Source: Gemmatimonadota bacterium (GTDB lineage Bacteria; Latescibacterota; UBA2968; UBA8231). From it: a DNA stretch of 64,000 nucleotides. The stretch spans positions 47,560 to 111,559 of the forward strand of contig JAYOYH010000011.1 of the NCBI GenBank assembly GCA_038153405.1, written 5' to 3'. A model generated the notes under the pieces. It did no database searches. It saw only the letters and a list, made by a program, of their open reading frames with translations, and was not told where the DNA came from. Of the stretch, positions 20,742-30,369 are shown one piece after another (position 1 is the stretch's first letter; each line of letters opens with the position of its first letter). The position numbers and the translations under genes were made by a program.

Positions 20742-20758
20742 TTGGCATAAATCTTGCT
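20742..20758 (+). promoter_or_regulatory. sigma54 (-24/-12) promoter
   Basis: TTGGCATAAATCTTGCT with exact GG-N10-GC spacing; AT-rich IHF-like tract just upstream. Confidence 0.75.
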
Positions 20759-20945
20759 AATGACTAGGGGAGAGCAGTGCGACAAGGCGTTTTCCGGGGG
20801 GCTCTGTGCCATATATGACGGCGCGTGGCCCGGTATGCGCACCGATTGGCTGCAAAATCTGCATAGGCAATGGGACTGACTCGGTCTTATTTGACCCGAT
20901 GACCTACTGATCATGCAAAAAATGCACGTTTGACGGAGTGTAGCT

Positions 20946-21290
20946 ATGCGTAATGAGTTCGTATCAAGAGAAGAAGAGGCGCTCGTCGAGCAGCTTGCGA
21001 CCGGAACGTCCGACGAGGTTATCGATCATCTGGCGAGCAGCCGCGCACTCGACGCCGACGTCCAACAGCCCATGGGAACAGTGGGCGATCTACTCGGATA
21101 TCTGAGCGACGTCGAGTTGGAAATAGTCGACAAATACTTTGGCCTGTCCGGCGCCGAGCCGCTCAGCGCGGACGCAATCGGCGACCTGACGGGACTGGGC
21201 GCGCGCAGAACTATGGAGATCATCGACGGCGCGCTGCGCCAGCTGCGCCAAGTCGAAACGGCAGGTGAACGCGAGCGCAAAGTCGCCTAA
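20946..21290 (+). CDS. Stand-alone sigma70 region-4-like HTH protein
   Basis: LSDVELEIVDKYFGLSGAEPLSADAIGDLTGL...IIDGALRQLR resembles the RpoD/RpoS C-terminus; GGAG RBS. Confidence 0.75.
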   Translation: MRNEFVSREEEALVEQLATGTSDEVIDHLASSRALDADVQQPMGTVGDLLGYLSDVELEIVDKYFGLSGAEPLSADAIGDLTGLGARRTMEIIDGALRQLRQVETAGERERKVA

Positions 21291-21311
21291 ACGGAAAAGA
21301 GCGATCGCCAT

Positions 21312-21353
21312 AAAAAATGCAGCGGGCCGGTAGCTAATGCTACCGGCCCGCTG
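21312..21353 (-). terminator. Intrinsic terminator (U-tract on minus strand)
   Basis: cagcgggccggtagc / gctaccggcccgctg perfect stem with adjacent aaaaaa. Confidence 0.85.
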
Positions 21354-21388
21354 TCGCGTACGCCGCACGCCCCTCTTTACCCAGGGCT

Positions 21389-21829
21389 TTATTGCACGCC
21401 CGTTGACCCGAAGCCGCCGCTGCCGCGCGCCGTTTCTTCCAATTCCTCTACTTCGACCAATTCGCCGCGCGTCACCGGGGCAAAGAGCAGTTGGGCAATG
21501 CGCTCTCCCGGTTCGATACGCTGCACTTCCTGCGACAGGTTGATTAGCACCACGCCGACCTCACCGCGATAGTCGGCGTCGATGGTGCCGGGTGCGTTGA
21601 GCACCGTCAGGCCGCGCTTGAGCGCCAGCCCGCTGCGCGGACGCACCTGCCCCTCGTAGCCTACGGGTATTTCGAGAAACAGTCCCGTCGGCACCAGCGC
21701 CCGCGCTCCGGGCTCCATGACGACGGGCTCGGACACTTCGGCGCGCAGATCCATGCCGGCGCTGTGTTCCGTCTCATATGCGGGCAGCGGATGACCGGTC
21801 TTACGCACGACGCGCACGCGAATGGCCAT
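21389..21829 (-). CDS. dut: dUTP diphosphatase
   Basis: [32 protein letters not shown]. Confidence 0.97.
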   Translation of the reverse strand: MAIRVRVVRKTGHPLPAYETEHSAGMDLRAEVSEPVVMEPGARALVPTGLFLEIPVGYEGQVRPRSGLALKRGLTVLNAPGTIDADYRGEVGVVLINLSQEVQRIEPGERIAQLLFAPVTRGELVEVEELEETARGSGGFGSTGVQ

Positions 21830-21834
21830 CGGGC

Positions 21835-23022
21835 TCAGGCCTGCGCGCGCTGGGCCGACCAGCGCTGGCGCAAGCTGCGCACATAGACGGCTCCCAGCGT
21901 GTAGGAAAGCGAGGCGAATAGGCTCAGCACACCGGCAATAAATACGATGAGCATGCGCTGAGGGCGCGCCTTGACTTCCGGTGGCATAGCCGGATCGAGC
22001 ACCTGCACCGTAGCCGTATTGTTGCGCGACTCGATGAGCGATTCGGCTTCCTGCTGTAGGAGGAGCTGCATGAGGGCCTTCTGAACCAGCACGTCCTTTT
22101 CGAGGATGGCATAGTCCTGGGCCACTTTGGGTATGTCTCGCAGCGGCAAAAAGAGATTTTCCTGCATTTCGAGCTCAAAGGTCTGGCGTCCCCGCGACTG
22201 TCCGCGACTGTCGGCGTGCAGCCCATCGCGCAGAAAAGTCATCGCGTCCTGGCGCAGCAAAATTTCGCGCTCCAGCTTCTTAACCCGGTCGTGCGACACA
22301 TCAAGTCCCGAGGCGATCATTCCTTGACGAGTGATTTCCAACTCCATGGCGTCGGTCTGCATGGCGGCCGCAGCACCGATCACGGCGCGCGCTTGGTCTT
22401 CGATCGAGATGGCATTATGCTCCGACTGAAATTGCTGCAGATTGCCCATCACCGAGTCGAGGCGCACCTCGCCTTCCGTGCGCAGAACCTGTATAAAGTT
22501 CATGCGCTCTTTGGCCGATATCTGCCCAATGGCCTTGTTCGTGCTATCCAAAATAACCGCGTAGTGGTTGGCCATCCGCGCAGCCGCTTCAGGATCGCGA
22601 TCGAGCACGGAAATGACAATTGTCCCCTCTTCGCTCTTATCGACCGTTGTTTTTTCGGCCAGCATTTCGATGGCGTCGGTCATCGTCTCTGCCTCGTAGC
22701 GATCCCTGAGACCAAAGCGATCGACCATGCTACGCCGCGTCTGCATGCTCTTAAGCGTAGCAATAAAGATGTCGGCCGGCGTGCCCTTTTCGCCCAGGCG
22801 CAGCGTTGGGATGGGCAGCGCTGAGAGCAGGTCGGAAAAGCCAAATCCCTGCTTTTGCTCTTTGGGTGGCAAGAGCTGCGTAGTCGCTTCATACTCTTCG
22901 GGAATCAAGAAGCTCAAGGCCCCAGCGAGCACGCATATAAACAGCGTGCCGCCAATAATGAGGCCTCGACCAGCGTAGAGCGCGGAGAATAGATCGAGGA
23001 CATCGACCTCTTTTTTTTCCAT
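21835..23022 (-). CDS. Polysaccharide co-polymerase (Wzz/GumC-like)
   Basis: Two terminal TMs, coiled coil, VQVLDPA.PP..KARP. Confidence 0.85.
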   Translation of the reverse strand: MEKKEVDVLDLFSALYAGRGLIIGGTLFICVLAGALSFLIPEEYEATTQLLPPKEQKQGFGFSDLLSALPIPTLRLGEKGTPADIFIATLKSMQTRRSMVDRFGLRDRYEAETMTDAIEMLAEKTTVDKSEEGTIVISVLDRDPEAAARMANHYAVILDSTNKAIGQISAKERMNFIQVLRTEGEVRLDSVMGNLQQFQSEHNAISIEDQARAVIGAAAAMQTDAMELEITRQGMIASGLDVSHDRVKKLEREILLRQDAMTFLRDGLHADSRGQSRGRQTFELEMQENLFLPLRDIPKVAQDYAILEKDVLVQKALMQLLLQQEAESLIESRNNTATVQVLDPAMPPEVKARPQRMLIVFIAGVLSLFASLSYTLGAVYVRSLRQRWSAQRAQA

Positions 23023-23047
23023 GGACTTGATGGCTCCTTTATATCAA

Positions 23048-24826
23048 TCAGAAGGACCGGATGAGAATGATTAAGGTCAGCGTCTCGGCGATCGTGCGCA
23101 TCGTCGACTGAGTAAATTCCCAGACGTTAACGCGCTCCTTTTCCGGCACCCACAGCTCATCGCCCGCCTCGACGATTAGGTCGTTTTCAAGCTCTTCGCG
23201 CACGCCGGTGCGCGCGCGAATCAGGCGTGCCCCAGCGCGATCTGCCCCATAGGAATAGCCGCCGACGCGCTCGATGTAATACTTCACGGTTCGTCCCTCT
23301 TCGAAATCGACCAAACCGGGTTTCTTGATTTGACCACTGGTGCTAACCGTGCGCCTCTCCGTCGGAATGTAAATGACGTCTCCGCTTTCTAGCAGGATGT
23401 TCTGAGACTGATCGTTGGCTATGTATAGACGTTCGAAGTCCATTGCGGCACGCCCTTTTTCCTCGCGGCCTTTTGTCTTTAAGTATGCCTTATCCTCAGC
23501 CGACATATCGGCCAAGCCGCTAACCTGAGACAGCGTGCGCAAACGATCCATTTCAGGGTCAATCTGGTTGCGCAATTTGGAGCGAATCACCTTGGATGCG
23601 ATCAGCGAGGCGTTTTCCGTGAGCCCGCCCGCTGGTCCATCGACGATGTCGCGCACGCGCGTTTGACCTTCTATGATGCGATAGCGCCCGCGGTACTTTA
23701 CTTCTCCGTATACCAACACGGTCGGCATTTGCTGCCACAGCGAACGCGAGCGTATGAATACCATATCGTTGGGCTGCAGCGGCACATCGGCAATATCCGC
23801 TAAGTCAAACTCCTGGCCCTCCACCGCATTGTCACCCAAAATAATTTCCTGCGTTTTTTCCGTACCGGTCTCGAAGCGCCACAGTTCGGCGCGCATAAGT
23901 GGCTCGTCAACGCGCACGCCTTTGGCCAGCGTTATTAGATCGCCTACTGTATCGCCTTGGCGATATTCCTGTGGGCCTTCTTGGTTGACCGCGCCGAATA
24001 TGTAGAGCGCTTCTTTGCTGAAACCGACGTGCACTACATCGCCCATGCGCACATAGGGATTGTGCTTCAATTCACCTGTGGAAAGAAACATACTCAAATC
24101 GACGGTTTCTACATCGCCATCTCGATGAATCAGGCGGATCGTGCGCCGGCCGGCCGGCCGGTTCTGTATCTGGCGAACGCGCGTAACCTTGCGCCCGCCT
24201 ACTTCTTCCTGAATGGTCGTGCCTGTCAGTTCGTCGAGAAAGCCTCCCGCGCGCTCGATGAGATCGGAGACACGCGTGGCAGGATGGATTGTAAAACTCC
24301 CCTCGCTCAGCACGGCTCCGGTGACGTATGCGGTAAAAAAGCGCATGCTAGCCAGCGAAATAGAGATATCGACGCCAGGGTATTTTTCCTGCGCAGCGGC
24401 GTAAATATGCTCTTTGGCTGCGTTCAGTGTCTTTTCGGACACGTGAAACGCGCCCACCGTGGGAATGAGGACATTGCCTTCGGGGTCGACCTGCAGCATG
24501 TAGGACAGATCGAACTCACCCCAGATATAGAGTTGCAATACGTCACCCGGGCCAACGAGATACTCTTCGGGGTTGACTTCGCGGTCCTGGCTAATGCGCA
24601 GACGCTCGACTTCTTCGCCCGACGGCATGCGCACTCTACCCGATACGATATCGTTGTTTAAGCCGGGAATATTTGCGCCGGGAATGTTATTTAGCTCGGC
24701 TTCTTCCTCGGCCCTGTCGTCGATCAAGGACTGTAGTTCGTCATCATCCTGAGCCCATATCTCAGGCACGGACGCCAACCCGGCGAAGACCATCCACAGG
24801 GTCCCCATCAAGATCCTCATTCTCAT
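23048..24826 (-). CDS. Polysaccharide export protein with SLBB repeats
   Basis: Signal peptide, EYLVGPGDVL..IWG, VDPEGNVLIPTVG, repeated SLBB units. Confidence 0.88.
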   Translation of the reverse strand: MRMRILMGTLWMVFAGLASVPEIWAQDDDELQSLIDDRAEEEAELNNIPGANIPGLNNDIVSGRVRMPSGEEVERLRISQDREVNPEEYLVGPGDVLQLYIWGEFDLSYMLQVDPEGNVLIPTVGAFHVSEKTLNAAKEHIYAAAQEKYPGVDISISLASMRFFTAYVTGAVLSEGSFTIHPATRVSDLIERAGGFLDELTGTTIQEEVGGRKVTRVRQIQNRPAGRRTIRLIHRDGDVETVDLSMFLSTGELKHNPYVRMGDVVHVGFSKEALYIFGAVNQEGPQEYRQGDTVGDLITLAKGVRVDEPLMRAELWRFETGTEKTQEIILGDNAVEGQEFDLADIADVPLQPNDMVFIRSRSLWQQMPTVLVYGEVKYRGRYRIIEGQTRVRDIVDGPAGGLTENASLIASKVIRSKLRNQIDPEMDRLRTLSQVSGLADMSAEDKAYLKTKGREEKGRAAMDFERLYIANDQSQNILLESGDVIYIPTERRTVSTSGQIKKPGLVDFEEGRTVKYYIERVGGYSYGADRAGARLIRARTGVREELENDLIVEAGDELWVPEKERVNVWEFTQSTMRTIAETLTLIILIRSF

Positions 24827-24839
24827 TGCTCCTCCTGTA

Positions 24840-25844
24840 TTATCGCTTTCCGTAGTTGCGCCGGTAGTATTCGCGGAAATCGTCGCCGCCTTTGATGGGT
24901 CGCCACCACGACTCGTTTTCGACGTACCACTGCACAGTGCGCCGCATCGCCTCTTCGTAGTTGCACTGCGGCCGCCATCCCAGCGCTTTTAGCTTGCTCG
25001 AATCCAGCGCGTAGCGCAGGTCGTGACCCGGCCTATCGGCTACATACTGCATGAGGCTCTCGGGCTTGTCCAACATATCCAAAATCGTTCGCACGACTTC
25101 TATGCCCGTCGCATCGTTGTCACCGCCGACGTTGTAGGCCTCGCCGATACACCCCTCGTGCAGAACCAGATCGATCGCCGTGCAGTGATCCTCTACGTAG
25201 AGATGATCGCGCACTTGAGAGCCGTCTCCGTATACGGGCAGCGGCAGGTCGTCTATGGCATTGGTTACAAAGAGCGGCACGCGCTTTTCCGGATATTGGT
25301 AAGGGCCGATGTTGTTCGAGCAGCGCGTGACGAGCGTGGGCAGCTGATGGGTGACGTGAAAGGCGCGAACCAGCAACTCGGCGCTGGCCTTGCTCGCCGA
25401 ATACGGACTGCGCGGCTCCAGCGGCCACTCCTCGGTCCATTCGCCTTCGTCAATGCTGCCGTATACCTCGTCGGTGCTCACCTGCAAGAAGCGTTCGACT
25501 CCGTGTTCCCGCGCGCAGTCGAGCAGCGCATAGGTCCCATTTATATTGGTCTGTACGAATTCGGCGCCGCCCATAATGGAGCGATCGACATGCGTCTCTG
25601 CGGCGAAGTTGACGACGTAGTCGACTTCGCTTACCAGCGGCTCGACGACCCGAGCGTCGCAGATGTCGCCTTCTACAAAGCGATAGCGAGGATCGCTTTC
25701 GATATCGGCTAAATTGGCCAGATTGCCTGCATAGGTGAGCTTGTCGAGGTTGACGAGGCGGTAGTCCGGATACTTGGCCAGCATATAGCGGACGAAGTTG
25801 CTGCCGATAAAGCCGCATCCTCCTGTCACCAACACTGTCTTCAT
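24840..25844 (-). CDS. rfbB: dTDP-glucose 4,6-dehydratase
   Basis: TGGCGFIGSN, AAETHVDRSI, STDEVYG, YSASKA, RPGHDLRY. Confidence 0.96.
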   Translation of the reverse strand: MKTVLVTGGCGFIGSNFVRYMLAKYPDYRLVNLDKLTYAGNLANLADIESDPRYRFVEGDICDARVVEPLVSEVDYVVNFAAETHVDRSIMGGAEFVQTNINGTYALLDCAREHGVERFLQVSTDEVYGSIDEGEWTEEWPLEPRSPYSASKASAELLVRAFHVTHQLPTLVTRCSNNIGPYQYPEKRVPLFVTNAIDDLPLPVYGDGSQVRDHLYVEDHCTAIDLVLHEGCIGEAYNVGGDNDATGIEVVRTILDMLDKPESLMQYVADRPGHDLRYALDSSKLKALGWRPQCNYEEAMRRTVQWYVENESWWRPIKGGDDFREYYRRNYGKR

Positions 25845-26057
25845 AAAATACATCCTATCCGCAGGAACGCAGGGCGTGCCGCGGCGCGATATCCGCGAAC
25901 ACCGTCGAAATCGCTGCGCAAAAAACAGGCAATGGAACGCCGGGAACAATGCGTGTACGATAGGCGGAGAGCCTCGGGCAGGATACGCACGGCGCGCGCA
26001 TTACACAGTGATCTTACCATTGAAGAACCACTACAATAGACTAGGCCCCACAAATTG

Positions 26058-26819
26058 TCAAGGTTGGTTGCCGGACAGGAAACGCGCGAAATTTGCCGCA
26101 CTCAAGGCAGCCATTTCCTCTGTTGCCAAACCGCGCAGACGGGCCATGCACTCGACCACCTCGCGCACGCGCTGAGGATGCCCTGCGCGCCCACCCACCG
26201 GCACCGGTGCATCCGTTTCAAAAAGCAGCAGGTCTTCGGCAATTTCGAGTGCGACCTGCTGAGTTTGCTCATCGTACAATACAGTGGGGCCGACCGACAC
26301 GTAGAGCCCCTCGTCGTTGCAGATGCGGACCAGTTTCTTGGACTGAGTAAACCAGTGCATCTGCGCATTGAGTCCCGCGCGGCGGCGGAAGGCAATGGCG
26401 CACTCCATAGTCTGGCGCAGACAGCGGCGCGAGTGCAGGTTGATCGGCTTGGCATAGCGGACGGCCAACTGCAACTGGCGCTCCAACACTTCTTCTTGAA
26501 AGATCTGGGCCGAGCGCTCCGTCGCCCATTTGAAGTCTAGGCCAACTTCACCCAACTCATCGGCTTGTGGCAGGGCTTCTTCGAGCCACTGTAGTGCCTC
26601 CTCGACGTGGTCCTCGTGCTGCGTGACCCACGCCGGATGCAAACCGAGCCCGGCCAACACCCGATCGGGGTGCTGGAGTTTTAGCTCCAATACGCGCCGC
26701 ATAGATTGCGGATCTTCTGAAACGGCGACGACGCGCGAAACGCCCTGAGCAGCCGCCTCCTGCAGTGCGGCACGGGCATCGCCCAACTGATCGAGGTGGC
26801 AGTGCGTATCTGCCAGCAT
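26058..26819 (-). CDS. TatD family hydrolase
   Basis: DTHCHL, GLHP, GEVGLD, LHSR, FETDAP. Confidence 0.9.
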   Translation of the reverse strand: MLADTHCHLDQLGDARAALQEAAAQGVSRVVAVSEDPQSMRRVLELKLQHPDRVLAGLGLHPAWVTQHEDHVEEALQWLEEALPQADELGEVGLDFKWATERSAQIFQEEVLERQLQLAVRYAKPINLHSRRCLRQTMECAIAFRRRAGLNAQMHWFTQSKKLVRICNDEGLYVSVGPTVLYDEQTQQVALEIAEDLLLFETDAPVPVGGRAGHPQRVREVVECMARLRGLATEEMAALSAANFARFLSGNQP

Positions 26820-27787
26820 CAGAGCAGTCCGACAGTCTCTTCAAAACCTAGCATAAGATTGAGGCACTGGACGGCGTTACCCGAAGCACCCTTGCCCAAA
26901 TTATCGAGGCGACCGACCAGGACTAAACCGCGCGCATCGCCCCATACGGACAGCTCGACGCAGTTGCCATAGCTGAGTGTGTCCATGTCCAAAAAAGCAC
27001 CGCGCAGCGCCTCGTCGGCACACTGAGGATCGACTAGGCGCACCATGGGTGCGCTGTCATAGGCAGCCGCCCACACTGCGTGCACGGCCGCTGGCTCGAT
27101 GTCAGCGCGAGAGAAATGCGCGGCGGGTATGGGCATGCTGACGACCATGCCACAGAAGGCATGTGCCACCGACGGAACAAACATCGGGGGGCGTTCTGCC
27201 AAACTAAACTTCCACATCTCCGCCACGTGCTTGTGCTGACCGACCAGGTTATACAGACCAAAGGGCAGGCGCGCATCGCCTTCGCGCGCCGCCGGTTGTG
27301 CCGCATCGTAGCTCTCGACCATCTTGCGCCCTCCGCCCGAATAGCCCGAAACGGCATTGATCGTCAGCGGCGCATCATCGCGTAGCAAACCCGCCTCAAT
27401 CAGCGGGCGCACCGCGAGGATAAAGCTCACTGGGTAGCAGCCGCAGTTGGCCACGCGCGCCGCGCTGCGGATGGCATCGCGGTGCGCGGGGCTTATTTCG
27501 GGCAAACCGTAGACCCACTGCGGATCGACGCGGCGCGCCGTGCTCGTATCGATAACGCGCGTGGTGGGCTCTTGGATAAGGGCCAGCGCCTCGGCAGCCG
27601 CATCGTCGGGCAAACAGAGAATGGCGACGTCGGCTCGATTGAGATAGTCGGCGCGAGCAGCAGCATCCTTGCGATCGGCCTCGGGGATCAGCAACACGTC
27701 CACATCGCTGCGATCGGCCAACATCTGCCGTATCCTCAGGCCGGTTGTGCCCTCTTGGCCATCGATAAATATCCGGGGATTTCCCAT
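26819..27787 (-). CDS. argC: N-acetyl-gamma-glutamyl-phosphate reductase (short, type 2)
   Basis: FIDGQEGTTGL, VANCGCY, SGYSGGG, LDNLGKGASG. Confidence 0.93.
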   Translation of the reverse strand: MGNPRIFIDGQEGTTGLRIRQMLADRSDVDVLLIPEADRKDAAARADYLNRADVAILCLPDDAAAEALALIQEPTTRVIDTSTARRVDPQWVYGLPEISPAHRDAIRSAARVANCGCYPVSFILAVRPLIEAGLLRDDAPLTINAVSGYSGGGRKMVESYDAAQPAAREGDARLPFGLYNLVGQHKHVAEMWKFSLAERPPMFVPSVAHAFCGMVVSMPIPAAHFSRADIEPAAVHAVWAAAYDSAPMVRLVDPQCADEALRGAFLDMDTLSYGNCVELSVWGDARGLVLVGRLDNLGKGASGNAVQCLNLMLGFEETVGLL

Positions 27788-27795
27788 GCTATTCC

Positions 27796-27815
27796 TTTGT
27801 AATTTTTATTACAAA
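27796..27815. promoter_or_regulatory. Palindromic operator at the argC RBS
   Basis: TTTGTAAT-tttt-ATTACAAA. Confidence 0.55.
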
Positions 27816-27956
27816 AAATAACTTTTTCTCAGAAAAAAACAATTCGGCGCACGGGCGTTTATAGCGCTCTGTGCGGCCACAACCGGCGCGCGCCGTTTGC
27901 GTTATCGCCGAACAAAAGAGCGGAGTAAGAACGCGTGGGAAAGGGGGCTGTGCGGG

Positions 27957-28922
27957 CTATTGATCGCCGGTGCGATCGCCGTCGCCCAACTCGATTCGAC
28001 GCACTCGGTTGAGCACCTCTTCCAACAGGCTGCGGTTGGTGGCTATCAAGTCGGCAATGACGCCGGTGAGGAACATTTGGAAACCGGCCAGCAGAAGAAT
28101 AGCCGCCAGAATGAGCGATTGGACGTGCAGCATGCCCTGATCGGTCAGAAAGAAGAAGTAGAGAAAGCGCAGGCCGAGCACGAAGCCGGCGGCAAATGTC
28201 AGCGCGCCGAAGAGCGCAAAGATTTTCAGGGCTTTGTAGCGCGCATAGGCGCGCAGGCTGATCGACCCAGAGCGAAAGACGAATTCGCCAATGCTGGAAA
28301 ACAGGCGCGATTCGCGCAACTTGGGATTGGTGCGAATCGGCACCGACACGACGGCCACGCGCTTCTGACCGGATTCGATGACGTGCTCGGCCGTGTGATC
28401 AAAATCGGTGAACGTCGACAAGTGCATGGCCGCGTCGCGGCTAAAGGCGCGAAAACCGCTGGCGACGTCGGGAATGTCCATATCGGCCAGGCGGCTGATG
28501 ACGCGACTGCCAACGCTCTGCAGATAGCGCTTAACAAAGGAGAAGTGGGCGATATCGCCCGTCTGCCGATCGCCGATGACCAGATCGGCGCGACCCTCGA
28601 TAATCGGCGCAACCAACTTGTCGATATCGCCACCGAAGTACTGGTTGTCCCCGTCGGTGTTGATAATGATATCGGCACCCAGGCGCAGGCAGGCGTCGAA
28701 TCCCGCTTTGAATGCGTGGCCCAACCCGCGGTTCTGCGGAAAGCGAATGACGTGATCGGCACCGCACTCGCGCGCCACCTCGCTCGTGCGATCCGTCGAT
28801 CCATCGTCTATGACCAGCACCTCGACCCGGTCGATGCCCGGCACCTGGCGCGGTATATCACCGATGGTCGCCGGCAGCGTGTCCTCTTCGTTTAAGCAGG
28901 GAATCTGTACGATTAACTTCAT
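27957..28922 (-). CDS. GT2 glycosyltransferase (DPM1-like, C-terminal TMs)
   Basis: IPCLNEE, IDDGSTD, NTDGDNQY, DVASGFRA. Confidence 0.9.
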   Translation of the reverse strand: MKLIVQIPCLNEEDTLPATIGDIPRQVPGIDRVEVLVIDDGSTDRTSEVARECGADHVIRFPQNRGLGHAFKAGFDACLRLGADIIINTDGDNQYFGGDIDKLVAPIIEGRADLVIGDRQTGDIAHFSFVKRYLQSVGSRVISRLADMDIPDVASGFRAFSRDAAMHLSTFTDFDHTAEHVIESGQKRVAVVSVPIRTNPKLRESRLFSSIGEFVFRSGSISLRAYARYKALKIFALFGALTFAAGFVLGLRFLYFFFLTDQGMLHVQSLILAAILLLAGFQMFLTGVIADLIATNRSLLEEVLNRVRRIELGDGDRTGDQ

Positions 28923-29045
28923 GCTCTTTTCCGCTTCGCCATCGCCCCTTCGCCACCCACAACCCCAACGGTCATAGCGCCGCACGTCCGCGCGCGCTGA
29001 GGGCGAGCGAAAAGCGTACATCGACACCACGCTTTAGGCAGCGCG

Positions 29046-29315
29046 TCACTCGCTGCGTTTTTCAATATGCGCCCGCACCAGTTTAATCATCTCGCCATCC
29101 TCTGCGGCGGCGGCTACCATCGCCTTGAACTCTTCCACTGTGATTTTCACTTCCTCCAGGAAGCGCTGATCAGCCGCTCACGGAAATACGTAATCGCCAA
29201 TGCGCCCCTCGTTGACCGCGCGCGCCTTGTCGGTGATGCGCGCCAACCAAGGGATATCGCCGATGACCATGCCGCGCGCGCGCGGCTTGAAGTCGAGAAT
29301 GTCCCAATCACTCAT
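29046..29315 (-). CDS. DUF5069-like protein, 89 aa, in-frame UGA at codon 46 (candidate selenoprotein)
   Basis: GAGGAG RBS; MSDW...PWLARITDKARA...GDYVFP-UGA-AADQRFLEEV...KRSE*; SECIS-like hairpin follows the UGA. Confidence 0.7.
29141..29177 (-). promoter_or_regulatory. Candidate bacterial SECIS element
   Basis: UGAU-cag-CGCUUCC-UGGA-GGAAGUG-aaa-AUCA; apical loop begins 19 nt after the UGA, with G at loop position 2. Confidence 0.6.
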
Positions 29316-29337
29316 GATTCCCTTTGCTCCTCGTGCA

Positions 29338-30369
29338 TTAATTCGATGTGAAAGCGGCGCGCATGTGGCATATATCCTCATCATCGCCCAACGGCTCGCT
29401 CAGCGCGCGCGCAATGGCCTGCAGCCGTTCACACGGGTTCTGCCAGGCGCGCAGCAGCGCGGCATTGGCCGATTCAAGTGGATGCTCGAGCGCTTCGCAC
29501 AGGGCCGCCGCCGCGTTGAGCAAGAAGGCAATCTGGTGTCCTTCCAGCGCGCGCACGACGCCTGAGTCACCGGTCAACTCAGCGTAGAAACGGGCCGCAC
29601 GCGCATTCAACACAGAGCGCACGACGCCGTTGCAGCGCCCGCTGCCCATGCTAGTAGTATACTGCACGATGCGGCGTTCCGTCCAGTCCCAGCTCAATTT
29701 AGAAAATTCGAGGAAAAATGCCGCACGCACCGGCGATATGACGATGTTGCGCGCGTTGTAATCGCTGCTGCCCAACACGGGCGGACGCCGCGCCAACTCG
29801 GAGCAGAGTGCGGCGATCAGATCGAGTGCGGCGCCGCTCAGCGGTGGGCACTGCAGATGACGCTGCAGCGCATGGCCCCCCCAGAGGGCTCGCTCGCTCG
29901 CCAACTGCCAGGCAACGAGCAGATCCTGCTGGCTACCGCCCGGCGCGACGCGCTGCGCCCACCGCTCGTCGCACATTAGCACACCGTCAATGGAGCGCTG
30001 GTTGCGCATCACATCGCATGCCAACGCGGTATGGTCGCCACAACGCTCCTGCACCAGATCGTCTAGAGTTGCATCGCCGACCCACTCGTAGAAGGCGAAG
30101 CACGCCTCTGAGTCAAGGGCTACCATGGCTGGCACGCGGCAACCGGCTCCGCCCAGCGCGCACAGCACATCGCGCTCGACCTCCAATACGTCGTATGCTT
30201 TGCCGCGCGTCAGGGGGGCGAAGATATGATATTTGACAGCGCGCCTTTTGCCGTCGACGCACAGGCACCACACGCCCGAGTCGATCTCTTCAATGCGCTG
30301 GACGATGCCGCCCAATAGTTCGGGGACGCGTCGCCTGAGATAGGCATCCACCTCCCCGTAGGCTTCCAT
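29338..30369 (-). CDS. APH/choline-kinase-like phosphotransferase, divergent
   Basis: AVKY, VERDVL, VP, YEWVGD.TL, SSDYNARN, FLEF. Confidence 0.65.
   Translation of the reverse strand: MEAYGEVDAYLRRRVPELLGGIVQRIEEIDSGVWCLCVDGKRRAVKYHIFAPLTRGKAYDVLEVERDVLCALGGAGCRVPAMVALDSEACFAFYEWVGDATLDDLVQERCGDHTALACDVMRNQRSIDGVLMCDERWAQRVAPGGSQQDLLVAWQLASERALWGGHALQRHLQCPPLSGAALDLIAALCSELARRPPVLGSSDYNARNIVISPVRAAFFLEFSKLSWDWTERRIVQYTTSMGSGRCNGVVRSVLNARAARFYAELTGDSGVVRALEGHQIAFLLNAAAALCEALEHPLESANAALLRAWQNPCERLQAIARALSEPLGDDEDICHMRAAFTSN

Noticed and set aside
29178..29384. 68-aa ORF as listed, or a pseudogene call
   Set aside because: Start overlaps the upstream gene and the better start is 29315; the intact downstream frame and hairpin favour recoding, though a nonsense mutation is not excluded
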